From the NCBI GenBank assembly GCA_017654855.1, contig CM030332.1, forward strand, positions 7,378,001-7,442,000: a stretch of DNA of 64,000 nucleotides, in the 5' to 3' direction. Of this stretch, positions 1 through 11,001 are shown piece by piece. Made by a program: the position numbers and the translations under genes. The stretch's first letter is position 1. Each line of letters opens with the position of its first letter. The notes below the pieces were generated by a model. That model had not been told where the DNA came from and ran no database searches. It saw nothing but the letters and a program-made list of their open reading frames with translations. The DNA comes from Podospora anserina (taxonomy: Eukaryota).

Positions 1-2708
1 ATGACCAGTCGGAATATTCTGATTGCACAGAGTCAACGTCATCGACAGACTCGGAGCCAACAACAGTGCACAAGTTCCGTCTCTGGTATCAGCCTGGGAG
101 ATACTTCCGCAAGCCCCTCAGCACCAACGATTCGGTGCGGTCCAGCGGAGGTGGTACCGGCACTGGGACTGGAACCGGCACAGGAACCAGTCGGAGAAGA
201 CCAGGCAAGCCGAAAAACGTTGTTTCTATTCACGACTTCCGAGCCTACCTACCATCCAAGAGAGAATTCGCCGAGGAGTATGCTATCTTTGGTGACGGTA
301 CTGAGGTGTGTAATCACAACGCTGCGGTGGCAGACAAGTATGGCTACTTGGACCTGGCCACCATCTGGAAATATGCCGCTCTTCTACTGCGAAGAGATGT
401 TCCGCTCGAGGTCCAGTACAGCAGAAAACAGTCTGTATTGGTTATCGCCAGAGAATCTGTGTCTCGCTCCAATCGGAAAAAAGAGGCCGGTTTAGCCGGT
501 CGTGTGAAATGGGGTTGCCATCCACTCGCTCGCGACTTGATCGACCGCCTGTTCGACTATTTTGAGAAGATAGCTGATATCCAGATGCTGGCTATGCTTG
601 CCTGCATCTTCGGAGACTCATTTGAGGAAGATGGAGTGGCATACGCCGAATCTCGCCTGACCCAGCCGGAAACACCTCTTGCTATGAAGGCGCCATCATT
701 TTCGCTGGAATATTTCCCTACAGATCCTGGTCTTTGGAGTATGAAATACAGAAGCCGGGGAAGCTCGGCTGTTGGGACTTCCAGAATAGCGAACACACCT
801 GCCGGCCACTCGGGCTCTCAGGCGTCAGAAGACGCAACGGTGCTGGCTGGATTTGGCACTCATTCATACTCCCGCGGAGAAACACCATCCAAGCTCACGC
901 CCGGTCATGCTCGAGAAGCTCGACAGACACAAAGTCTGTCCACCTCTCCCAACACCCGATCCTTTTACAAGCCCAACTCGACAGTTGCCTCAATTGCTGC
1001 CAGTTTGCCACGGACGCTTGCCGGCATGGTATCTGCCTCGCCGCCTGATCCTCCTACACGAAAGCGACCTAGTCCTGCGGAGACCATCCTCAGCAACTTC
1101 GTACCTAGTGCTATCACTTGGGGTAGCTCAACCGTGTTTGGTGCTAAGGCCGCTGCTCCAGAAACAGCTCCTGGGACAGCCCGCACATCTCTAACCGATG
1201 ATGGCCGGGTCAAACGTGGTTTCTACTCTATGGTTCCCATAGCTGTATCATGCGTTCCAGAGGATCAAGGGCTCTTTGACGATGATGGCTGGATGTCGAC
1301 TTCTCTCATCGAACCCCAGCGTAGAGAGCTCTACACTCACTACCGCTATTCATATGCCGAATTGCTCCAGACGTGGGGTCAATCTCTGTCTCGTCTTGAG
1401 ATCCTCAAGTTTAATGTTCTCAAAGACGAACGCCTCTATAACAATAACAACAGCTGGAACAGCAACGACTCCGACTGCACCGACCTTGATCCTACTCCCC
1501 GCGGCTCACGGCACTACCCAACCGGTGCCTCCTCGCCCGTGATGGGCTTCGGTGGCCGCCGCGAGCTATTCCAAAACCTCCTGGCAACAGGACGCGGTTT
1601 GGATGTGACTGGCCTCTGCCGCATCCACGAAATCCAACTCGACCCTGTCGAATATCACCGCCCCGCCAACGGGCACGTCGGTGGAGCAGTGGGCATCTGC
1701 CCTCGTTGCTTCCCCGAAAGCGCCTACGGCAGTAAGATCCCACAAACTCAGCTCCACTGCGTCTACTGCCTCGAGCCCGTCGCCTCTTTGTATTCTCCTT
1801 GCCTATCCTGCGGCTGCGTCTCCCACGCCTCCTGCCGGGCAGACTGGCACGCCATGGGCGAAACCGAATGCCCGGCCGGCGACGAGTGCAACTGCGTAGA
1901 GGACGCCTTCAACGGCCAAGTTGAGTCCTGGAGCGCGCTCCAAGCAGCGATATCCCATTTCCCTCCCGTCCCCTCCCCCGTTTCCTCCCCGCCCCAAGCC
2001 CACCCCCCCACTCGTGTGATGACAACTTCGGAGAGAACCATCGCCTCCCTCAAGAAAGCCGTCGGGGTAGGTAGCAGCAGCAGCGCGTCACTCCCTGCCC
2101 GCTCCCGACGTAAATCCGCACCGACAGAACTGTCAAAATTCCAACTCGAAACCGGGATCCCCCGCCCTTCTCAACCCCTACCGCCGGGTAGACCTAACCT
2201 GAGGAGAATGCAAACCAACACCGGGTCATCCTACGCGCAGAATTCAGAAGATAAGACGTCTTACCCCTCCCCGGCGCATTTAGACAGGGAAAGCGGCAAC
2301 GACTGGGAGCACATTGTCTCTATCCCGTCAGTCACCATCACGAGGGCAAGCAACAATGGGAGTAGCGGCGGGAGCAGTGTTGCGAGCACGGCAACGACGG
2401 GGAGTGGGTTTTTGGCGGGGGCGATGAATATGGGATACAGTATGGGATTTGGGGGTTATGGGAGCAAGCCGCCGGTGCAGGGGGATGAGCCGATCAGTGC
2501 GGCGAGGTTGAGTCTGGGGAATCGGCTGATGAAGAGTTTGCATGGGTCGGGTTCGAGTGTGCGGGGTGGTGGTGGTGAGGTGAGAGATGGCGGGAGTGTG
2601 AGATCACAGCAGCAGCAGCAGCAGCAGCAGCAGGGGGAGGAAGGGGGTAGTGGTATTAGTGCTTTTGCGAGGAGGAAGAGTGGGGGTGTGATTTGGAAGA
2701 ACTCCTGA
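1..2708 (+). CDS. MTC5: SEA/GATOR2 complex subunit WDR59/Sea3/Mtc5-like protein, C-terminal part (5' end outside the window)
   Basis: Frame is open from the window edge to TGA at 2706-2708. Contains the motifs WGCHPLARDLIDRLFDYFEKIADIQMLAMLACIF and YRYSYAELLQTWG...RLEILKF, and a C-terminal RING-like cluster (CVYCLEPV...CLSCGCVSHASC...ECPAGDECNC), as in WDR59/Mtc5. Ends in a low-complexity tail with poly-Q. Confidence 0.85.
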   Translation, partial: DQSEYSDCTESTSSTDSEPTTVHKFRLWYQPGRYFRKPLSTNDSVRSSGGGTGTGTGTGTGTSRRRPGKPKNVVSIHDFRAYLPSKREFAEEYAIFGDGTEVCNHNAAVADKYGYLDLATIWKYAALLLRRDVPLEVQYSRKQSVLVIARESVSRSNRKKEAGLAGRVKWGCHPLARDLIDRLFDYFEKIADIQMLAMLACIFGDSFEEDGVAYAESRLTQPETPLAMKAPSFSLEYFPTDPGLWSMKYRSRGSSAVGTSRIANTPAGHSGSQASEDATVLAGFGTHSYSRGETPSKLTPGHAREARQTQSLSTSPNTRSFYKPNSTVASIAASLPRTLAGMVSASPPDPPTRKRPSPAETILSNFVPSAITWGSSTVFGAKAAAPETAPGTARTSLTDDGRVKRGFYSMVPIAVSCVPEDQGLFDDDGWMSTSLIEPQRRELYTHYRYSYAELLQTWGQSLSRLEILKFNVLKDERLYNNNNSWNSNDSDCTDLDPTPRGSRHYPTGASSPVMGFGGRRELFQNLLATGRGLDVTGLCRIHEIQLDPVEYHRPANGHVGGAVGICPRCFPESAYGSKIPQTQLHCVYCLEPVASLYSPCLSCGCVSHASCRADWHAMGETECPAGDECNCVEDAFNGQVESWSALQAAISHFPPVPSPVSSPPQAHPPTRVMTTSERTIASLKKAVGVGSSSSASLPARSRRKSAPTELSKFQLETGIPRPSQPLPPGRPNLRRMQTNTGSSYAQNSEDKTSYPSPAHLDRESGNDWEHIVSIPSVTITRASNNGSSGGSSVASTATTGSGFLAGAMNMGYSMGFGGYGSKPPVQGDEPISAARLSLGNRLMKSLHGSGSSVRGGGGEVRDGGSVRSQQQQQQQQQGEEGGSGISAFARRKSGGVIWKNS

Positions 2709-2879
2709 GAGGGGATTGTAACAGTTGTATAGCGAGCGAGTTTTAGTATTGCATTTCAGGAGTGGAAAAGGGGTCAAAAAAGGTGTTGTTTGCGGGACTG
2801 ACCAGAGCAAAGGTTACCTAGTGAATGAAAGACTAGCACTGCCATTGAAGACTCATCATTTCGTGACCATAGCGCTAAC

Positions 2880-4037
2880 CTACAACTTCCCCCTGTCTCC
2901 ACCCCTATTTATTTCTTAGTCCCCTATTTCTCCTGTTTCAAAACATTTCGAAAAAACACTCACGCCTTCCAGTTCTTCGCAAAGAAGTCCAACACCGTCT
3001 TATATCCCCTGATATACTCCTCCTTCACCCTCGCATCGCTCAGATCACTCCTCGCCGCCATCCACCCGTGGATCTGGTCCTTGAACGTCTCGACATGCTT
3101 CGCCACCTTGAGCTTCTCCTCAAACTCCTTGACCTTGTCCTCCGGCTCCTCCTTGGACGCAAGCAAAATAAGCGGGATCTTGATCCCCTCCGCCTCCTTG
3201 GGGTCAACCATAGCAGGATGGCACTCTGCGCCGACAACAAAAGGATTCTGATCCCCAGACGTCACGAGAGACACAACCTTCCCGCCCCAGCAGAACTATT
3301 CTGTAGTCAGCTTCACGCCCGCGGCGGTTTGAACGAGAAAGGAGACTCACACCCAAAATAGCCCACTCCTGCACCCCCGTCTTCTCCTTCAGAGCCTTGA
3401 CATACTCAGGGAGCTTGCCGGCCACGCCGGGAGGCGGGTTCCTGCCGAAGAAGGCGCCAAGGTTCTTTTGCTTCTCTTCCGTGTTGGGGGGATACCACTC
3501 GATGGGGCAGGGCTCGCCTTTGAACCAGTCGGGGATGACGACTTTGTATTCTTCCGAGGAAGAAGTGGCGAGGATGTCGGCGCCTTGGAGGGTTTGCTCA
3601 AAGTAGCCGAAGATGTCGTAGATGACGAGGATGCCCTTTTTGGCGGTGGAGGGGCCTGTTACGTCTGGGGGTGTGTTAGTCTTGCGTAAAATGGATAATG
3701 GACCCTAATAACATGTCTGAAAAAGGGGCAGCATACAAGTCTTGAAGCCATCAATCTCCTCGTAGCTACCCTTGGCAGAGTAACCCTTGGAGACAACAGG
3801 AGGGATGTTGCAGCAGGCCTGGTTGTGGCCGTGGGAGGCTTGCATGGTGGACATCTTGGCGGCTTGCTGTTTTACAGAGAAAAATGTTGTGTGATTCAAC
3901 GAGCCAGTTCTAGAGGCACACGCAGGAGGAGGTTCGGATTTGAAGATCTGGGGGTTGCCGGACAAACGATAAGCATAAGAGCCAGGAGGACGGGAGAGCC
4001 GGGCGGCTGCGAGACGGAGCTGGCTTCCTGAAGGCAT
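2880..4037 (-). CDS. Dienelactone hydrolase family (alpha/beta hydrolase, AIM2-like), multi-exon, with alternative N- and C-termini
   Basis: Exons (minus strand): 3854 (or upstream in-frame ATG 4037)-3737, 3664-3351, 3295-2960 (TGA). Alternatively 3295-2964 plus 2904-2880 (TAG). Introns are GTATGC..CAG and GTGAGT..TAG. The spliced protein has ACC near the N-terminus, IYDIFG, the nucleophile motif GFCWGG and the catalytic-His motif QIHGW. Confidence 0.9.
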
Positions 4038-4075
4038 ACCTTTAAATGAGAAGCTTCTAGGTTCGGGGTATCTTG

Positions 4076-4091
4076 CCTCGGGGATCCTCGG
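4076..4091. promoter_or_regulatory. Two tandem CCTCGG motifs (FarA/FarB/Ctf1-type) upstream of the dienelactone hydrolase
   Basis: CCTCGG at 4076-4081 and 4086-4091 (10-bp period), with a third copy at 4743-4748. The motif is short and function is inferred only. Confidence 0.4.
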
Positions 4092-4189
4092 ACAATGATG
4101 GCTGCTGGCTAGTGTAGGGGCTTCGAGATCGGTAATGTTGCCTGTCTATCTTAGGGCAGAAGTGCGGGGTAGCTTCCCACTGTTGCCGC

Positions 4190-4665
4190 CAGATTAATTA
4201 AATAAGGCCCACTATTGAGGAATGATATTGTAGCAGTGAGACTTAAGGCACTAGGTTAGGCATTACTAAACCACCTAACTACTTTTTTCTGTACAACACT
4301 GAAATTAATATAATTAACTACCTTAATATTAAATCTAATTATTTATAATTAGAGCATTATTCCTTAATTTTAAAGTTATTACTATTATATTAAATCCATA
4401 ATTATTGTAATTTCACTGTAGCCCCAATACACCTAGTAGTAAGCTATAGATATTATATGAGCTATTTCCGCTGCACTACACACTGTAAGTGCATTGGGCC
4501 TTTAGGTTTATATATAGGACATAGCTTTCAATAATAATTATTTCGAAATAAATAGTACTAAAATATTTAGATACAAATATTTTAAAAAAAAAAAAGCTAT
4601 TTTTGGGTAATATTTAGATATAAACCGTAGCATAGTTTTAGATCTTTTCCTTATTATTTGTAGAT
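4190..4665. mobile_element. AT-rich, TpA-rich island; probable RIP-degraded repeat or solo-LTR relic
   Basis: GC content drops abruptly, TA dinucleotides are abundant and there are no ORFs. TGTAG (4229) and CTACA (4480) could be LTR ends, but no target-site duplication is visible. Confidence 0.55.
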
Positions 4666-5360
4666 GGAGCGCGTAGTGCGCTACTTCGTACTTGGCTCTA
4701 AGATGAAGAAAGAGGTTTGATATTTGAGACTAGGCGGGAGAACCTCGGGAAATTGGAAGTATCCCAAATCTTTTTCTGGACCTTCGGTAGAAAGAAGATT
4801 CGTGGATGCGACACAGTGAACCACCCCACCGTGATGTCACAGTTCTTTCCCCGCCCAACAGTTGCCAAAGGTCACTGGCCAATCAAGTGCAGCGGGTGAG
4901 CTCCAAGCAGTGCCCCACTGTCGTGGAAACTCTATTCCCGACGATGTTTGGTGCTGAAAGGTTGCTGGGCTTTTTATTGGTGGGGGGTTCCATTCTCCTT
5001 ACTTACTCACATGCACCCGGCGAAGACACGACGAGATCAACTCATGCGATGTGTAACATTGAGAAAGACTGCCACTATGAAAAGAGCCAAATATGATGGC
5101 AAAGCTAACGCAGACTGCCCCCCTCCTGTTCTCGGACTTTTTGCAGTACTTCAATATCTTGTCATCATCAATCCTCATCATCAATCCTCCTCATCATCAT
5201 CATCATCTGTGTGAATACTCGAAGCTCTTGTAAGCAACCTCCACACGTGCTCTGCAGCCACGACCTCTGCTAACTCCTGGCCTGAAACAGATATCCCAAC
5301 CCTCACACAACAGTTGTTTGCCGACTGTGAACCGTAGGAAAGCTGATACCGTGAAACCAT

Positions 5361-5975
5361 TCACTGTTCGCCAATCTTATGGCCGGACCGCTTCATGTCC
5401 GCCACCGCCTTCTTCACCACGGCAACCTCAGCCCCGAATCGAAGAAACTTCTCGATATCAATCAGGTCGATCCATTTTGGCACCAGGTTCTCTCCCTCAT
5501 CCTGCGTGTCCTTATCGGGCGTCGAGGTGGAGTCACATGTCGCTGCCCAGTAGTACACCGTCTTGAAGGATGGTGACTTGGACTGAGGATCGGGGTAGGA
5601 GCATGTCCCGATGAACTCCCTGCTAACGTGGTCCCAAAGAATCTCTGGCTTCTTGTAGCCCTTGCCCTTGTTGGGGAGGGCCCTTTTCGGCAGTTGGGCT
5701 CTCGTGGGAACCTTGAGTGCCAAAGGCGTAGCCGTAAACCCGGTCTCCTCGTGCGTCTCCCTGAGGGCTGTGTCGAACCAGTGCTCTTCAACGTTCCTTC
5801 TGCCTTTCGGGAGTTGATGGATCTGAAGGCGGTTGTTCCAGATGATGAGGACCTTCGCTCTCCCAGGGTCGATTGTTACAGTGCCGCAGGATATTCCAAC
5901 CTCGTGCGCCGGACTAAACGTCATGCTCATGTCAATCTGGTCCATATCCAACTGCTCATCACCCTGGCGAGCCAT
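5361..5975 (-). CDS. Nudix hydrolase
   Basis: Intronless 204-aa ORF with the Nudix box GRRNVEEHWFDTALRETHEETG (GX5EX7REUXEEXG), preceded by LPK. Confidence 0.88.
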   Translation of the reverse strand: MARQGDEQLDMDQIDMSMTFSPAHEVGISCGTVTIDPGRAKVLIIWNNRLQIHQLPKGRRNVEEHWFDTALRETHEETGFTATPLALKVPTRAQLPKRALPNKGKGYKKPEILWDHVSREFIGTCSYPDPQSKSPSFKTVYYWAATCDSTSTPDKDTQDEGENLVPKWIDLIDIEKFLRFGAEVAVVKKAVADMKRSGHKIGEQ

Positions 5976-8801
5976 TATGATGGTGCTGGTGTGTGGGTAA
6001 GGTCGAGCTGGTTGCTGAAGGGGTGGTTCAAACCAAGAAGAGGTCTCGAAAGCCCAAGATGATTTGGAAAGGTTATCTTGAAGGTGCCAATTCTATCTGA
6101 GAGGTGGCTTTCTCGTGTCGATGGGCGGATTTCCCACGCCGGGCTGCTGAGACTTATATCTGGTCATTTTGCTGCTCTGAGGGCGGCAGTCGGCATGAAT
6201 CCGCAAGGGATGGGACGGATTCCCAAGCACACCAACCTGCGAATCTGCCTGTGGCCCAAAAAGGACGGGAGTGACATCCGACCGGTGAGCACCAAAGACA
6301 TGAGAGGTACTTCAAAGACTTACAGACTGCAGCGGCAATGAAACCCCGCATGACGACGGTATTGGTGAGCAAGGGATGGAAGTTCACATTGGGCATATAC
6401 ATGTACTCTCACACCAGCCCTGACCGCCGCCGACTGCGACCCAGAGACACACCCCGGCAGAAGCACAACCTCTCGGATGCAACGTGGTGGTGGCCGACTG
6501 GGCAGTATCGAACTCGATATGGAATTTCAGGGACTTGAGCCATTGGATCCGGAATACCATGACAGCGTCTTCCGGTGCAGAAGCGTCGCTGCACCAGGGG
6601 TTCCAGGCCCGCCCTCATGCCTCGAAAGCTATAGTGGGCGCCATCGCGGAACCAACCATGTCGCTCCGTCACGATGCCCTCGTCGGAACAATCATCCCAC
6701 TCACGCGTCGCCATGATATATACCAACAAGTTTCAATGATCAGCGTCAAACACCCCGGCACACCGGTGAGGATCCTGATCATGCGGCTGCTACCTTACTG
6801 GCGGTACCAGACTTTGACCAAGCTCGGGCTTTTTACGACAAGTCAGATCACCCACGAAGGGACATCCATCACAAGCCTTGCGATGCCATCTCTGGCAAAC
6901 CTGCCGGACTGTCCCTCTGCATGTCTCTCATGCCCACCCTCCAACAGACGCCCTTGCTTCGGTCCACGACTGTCATAACAAACTTATCATCGGGTCGGGA
7001 TACCTTTTCTGAACGCCTGGCAATGATTTGAGAGAGTCCCACCCCTCCCCCGCAATGTCCTCTGCGGGGCATGCCCGTCAGAACCTTCTTGACACCCAAC
7101 CTCGAGAGGCCCCGGTGGCCCTTCCTTCGGACCTCCATCACCCCTCCGCGACTGTTGCCGTTTTCTGCGGCCTATTCGACACCACCACATGTGTCTTTGT
7201 CTCGACATGAGAGGCTCTTCTATGGTGTGGTAGACTATGGTCGCACAATCCAGGGATTTTGGAATCGGCTAACCATGCGATGTTCACTTTGTGCCACTTC
7301 GCGTCCGATGCCTTGTAACCGCTTCACTGGGCGGCATTTGTACCCATCCGCATCGAGATGTTGTGCCACATGGAGGATGTCACGCAGGCTTAATGCTGCA
7401 ACTGACTGGAGTTTCGGTACTTACTGACGTGTGACATAGTTTCTAGAAAGCTGCAGCGATCTCTTGAGTTCACACACCAATGGCATGGCTGTGTATTTCA
7501 AATCAGACCATACACGACTTCCAATTATCTGGTTTATTCAAGTGATCCGGCAACGATTTTCACTATCTTGCCTAAAGCGACAGGAGTGTGGTACGATATC
7601 ATCGTCGTAGGGTAACCGTTGGCGGAGCCCGCATATGTCACTGCCACTCAGAAGAGATGCCCGAAAGACAAGACCAAAGCCTCCGCCCCTGGCGATGGAC
7701 TTGATGGCCATGTTTTGGGTTGAGTAGGACAACCATTACGAGCCATGGTTCGAGACAAGGTACCCTTCCTCAGCACTTGTCCACTTCCTCCCCACTTGTC
7801 CTCGCCAGGGCAATCCAGACACCGATTCTTAGATGCTGCGCTATCAGGCTAATGCCAAGACTGCTCACAAACTAGATAGACATATATCGCGCTGCATAAC
7901 TTCCGAAGATGTGCAAGCCAAACGATTCAACTCTGAAACTGTAACTGCTCTTGGAACTTTTGACCAAGTGTCAGACTTTTCTTGAAGCCATGATCGATCT
8001 GAAAACATTACCGGCGCCCTCTTGTCTCGAAAATAGTGCCGGACACCACCACTTTTCACGCTACCCCTCTTTCTGCCGTTTTCTCATTCTTGCGCTACCC
8101 CAGCGGCCAGTCAGAAATAGCTGTGCTCAAGCCAAACAGTGGTCCTGGTGGTAGGACAGCCTGAATATGGGCTGCACTCCTCTTCATGTCGTCGAGGCTC
8201 GAGCACGCCTTGGTTGTCTATCAGAGCATCGTCAAATATTTCTGCCGTTGCAGGATGTGTAGGACAGCTTCTCGATAATCAACCATGTAGGTGTGCCCCT
8301 GTCTACCTCCACCATCACGGGCATTTACCTGCCGAGCCTCTCTGTCTCTCTCTCTGGGTTCGCCCCGAGCCGCTGTTGACTACAGCAAGTGCCAGCTTTC
8401 TTCACACACTCCACTTCCCCTCACTCACGGCCGAAGCGATCACGATCGATGGCAAGGATCGGAAAGCTGGGGCGGAAGCAGTACCACCCTGCCCCCCACG
8501 TGGGGCAACTGTTAAGTCCTCACGAAGCAACATGGGAAAAGATCAAACGAGAAGACAAGTTCTCGAGGGAGAAATCCCAGAGTTCCATTATGGACTATCA
8601 TCATGGCCGTGTATGTACGTACGTACCGTACAGCGGCTGAACCATGCAGTCATCCAGTCACTTCCTTGCCGCGCCCCTGCGCCTGGCAGCACCAAAACCT
8701 GCAAGTTTTCTTCACCGAGGTTGCCTTCGTCCGCTTCTCGCCTCTAGATGGACCGCAACTCTGCCAGACCGGTTTCGGGAGGCGCCGCTATTGATTCCGA
8801 G

Positions 8802-8803
8802 CA

Positions 8804-8845
<42 letters not shown>
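8802..8845. repeat. (CA)n microsatellite
   Basis: About 22 CA units with one interruption. Confidence 0.95.
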
Positions 8846-8847
<2 letters not shown>

Positions 8848-9615
8848 AACACAAAAGCCATCGTCACACGGCGGCCAAACCGACAGCAACAAACGGGAAC
8901 GAAGAAAAACAAACTGCACGAATACTATCAAAGAAAAGGTTACCCGCGAATCAACATCCAAGGATGCTTCTGCATTCAAGTGACGCCGCTGACACCATAT
9001 TCTCATCTTACCTTTTGGGAGGGGAAGAAATCCGGTAAGGTACAGATCGGCCTATTACAACTACCACCACATGAACTTCCGGGTCCCTTCCCTGCTCCTG
9101 CGGCTCTTTCCCATCAGCCGACTTCTCGACGATATGGTGCTGCAAGTCCATCACAGTTTGAAGAGTGGGGGTTCAGTCCAAGTCCGCGGCCAAAGGAGCG
9201 TGCCAGTGGTATAATGTTTTCTTCAATCATCTGTCTGATCCGTCTCTCGCTGTTTTACACCGCACTCATTGAGCAAGACCCGGCCCGTGTCTGCATGACC
9301 TCAAGGTGGCATCCTTATCCGGGGAAAGGGAAGGAAGAGACACGAACGGGGAGACAGGCTCATTCATCCTGGCGAGAAGCCACAACAACGCGGAAAAGAT
9401 GCCCATGGGACATGATATAGATGGTTTGTCCAATCAGGTGGGGTATTGTAATGTTCTATCTTTCCGCGGACATACACGGCGTGATCCGGTTAAAGGATAG
9501 GTTAGGAATGTCGTGCTGGGCGTCAACTCGGGCACCCTCTGTTCTCACGGGAGACGGGACGGCTCGCCCTTGCCAAACTTCCTTTCACTGTCCAAGGCAG
9601 CTATCGGGCAGCGCT

Positions 9616-11001
9616 CTAGTTGGCCAGATGGGCATACTCCTTGTTGAAGGCGCGCCCGATCACCATCCGCCTGACCTCGGATGTTCCCGCTCCAATCTCA
9701 TACAGCTTCGCATCCCGCAAGATTCTCGAAGCGGGCATCTCCTCCGTGTAGCCCATTCCGCCCAGGATTTGGATCGCGTCCAGCGCGCACTCGGTCGCCC
9801 TTTCCGCGGCATAGAGGATGGCACCCGCGCAGTCCTGGGTGCGGATATCGGCCTGCTCGTCAACCGCCTTGGCCGTGGCATAGGTGTACGCCCTCGAGGC
9901 CTGGAGCTTGGTGTACATGTCGGCCAGCTTCCCTTGCATAAACTGGAACTGGGCGATAGGCGTGCCGAACTGCTTGCGGCCGTGGGCATAGGGCAGCGCA
10001 ACGTCCAAAGCGGCCTGCATCAAGCCCAGTGGTCCAGCAGAAAGAACCAATCTCTCGAGGTCCAGTCCCTCCATCAGAACCCTAACCCCGCCGTTGACTT
10101 TGCCCAGGACGTTCTCCTTGGGGACGAAGACATTCTCAAACACGAGCTCTCCCGTGTTGGAACCCCTCATGCCCATCTTGTCCAGCTTCCTCAGGCACTC
10201 GAAGCCCTCTGCCTTGTCCGTTTCGACGATGAATGCCGTGATGCCCTTTGATCCCCCATCAGGCACAGTCTTGGCGTAGACAATAACTATGTCTGCGTCT
10301 GGGCCATTGGTGATCCACATTTTGCTTCCGTTGAGGACGTAACCCCCGTCCACCTCCTTGGCTCTCGTCCGCATAGAAACAACATCACTGCCCGACCCGC
10401 TCTCACTCATGGCCAGGGCGCCAACCTTTGTCCCCGCGATCAAATCAGGCAAGAACTTTTCTTTTTGTTCCTTTGAGCCATTAAGCTGAAGCTGGTTGAC
10501 GCACAGCTGGGAGTGGGCGGCGTAGGAGAGGGCGATGGACCCCGAAGCGCGGGAGAGCTCCTCCATGACGATGCAGTGGGCTTGGTAACCCAGGCCTAGG
10601 CCGCCGACGGCAGGGTCGGCGGTTATACCTAGCAGACCGGCCTCTCCCAGCTTGAGCCACATGTCGGGGGGGAACTGGTTGGACCTGTCGGTTTCGGACG
10701 CGAGGGTTTCGGGGAGGGAGCGGCGGACGAATTCTTGCACTGTGGTGCGGAGTTCGGAGAGGTCGGCGGGGGTTGGGGGGGTGAAGCCCTCGGGGTGTTT
10801 GGAGGAGGCATAGTGGCGGGTGGTTTGGAGGAGGTATGAGGATGTTGGTAAGGGGGTTGAGAGCGGTCTTGGGGAGGTTGTTAAGGAGGGGCAACCGAGG
10901 TTGGCTTTGGACAGACGGCCAAACTGGCGGCGGGGAACTGAGAGGATGGTTCGGGGGGTTGCTGTGCGCAACAGCGCGCGGGATGTGGAAGGGGTTGCCA
11001 T
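9616..11001 (-). CDS. ivdA: Isovaleryl-CoA dehydrogenase, mitochondrial
   Basis: 461 aa, intronless, with an Arg/Ser/Thr-rich presequence. Motifs [67 protein letters not shown] and [15 protein letters not shown] are typical of IVD. Confidence 0.95.
   Translation of the reverse strand: MATPSTSRALLRTATPRTILSVPRRQFGRLSKANLGCPSLTTSPRPLSTPLPTSSYLLQTTRHYASSKHPEGFTPPTPADLSELRTTVQEFVRRSLPETLASETDRSNQFPPDMWLKLGEAGLLGITADPAVGGLGLGYQAHCIVMEELSRASGSIALSYAAHSQLCVNQLQLNGSKEQKEKFLPDLIAGTKVGALAMSESGSGSDVVSMRTRAKEVDGGYVLNGSKMWITNGPDADIVIVYAKTVPDGGSKGITAFIVETDKAEGFECLRKLDKMGMRGSNTGELVFENVFVPKENVLGKVNGGVRVLMEGLDLERLVLSAGPLGLMQAALDVALPYAHGRKQFGTPIAQFQFMQGKLADMYTKLQASRAYTYATAKAVDEQADIRTQDCAGAILYAAERATECALDAIQILGGMGYTEEMPASRILRDAKLYEIGAGTSEVRRMVIGRAFNKEYAHLAN

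Noticed and set aside
6000-9600. Several overlapping 60-260 aa ORFs between the Nudix gene and ivdA
   Set aside because: No recognisable motifs or consistent exon chain, and one runs through a CA microsatellite. An orphan gene, lncRNA or decayed gene cannot be excluded without RNA-seq.
9600-9620. Possible stop read-through extension of ivdA (TAG AGC GCT GCC CGA TAG)
   Set aside because: Not a TGA-CTA context, and the extension (SAAR) is not a PTS1.
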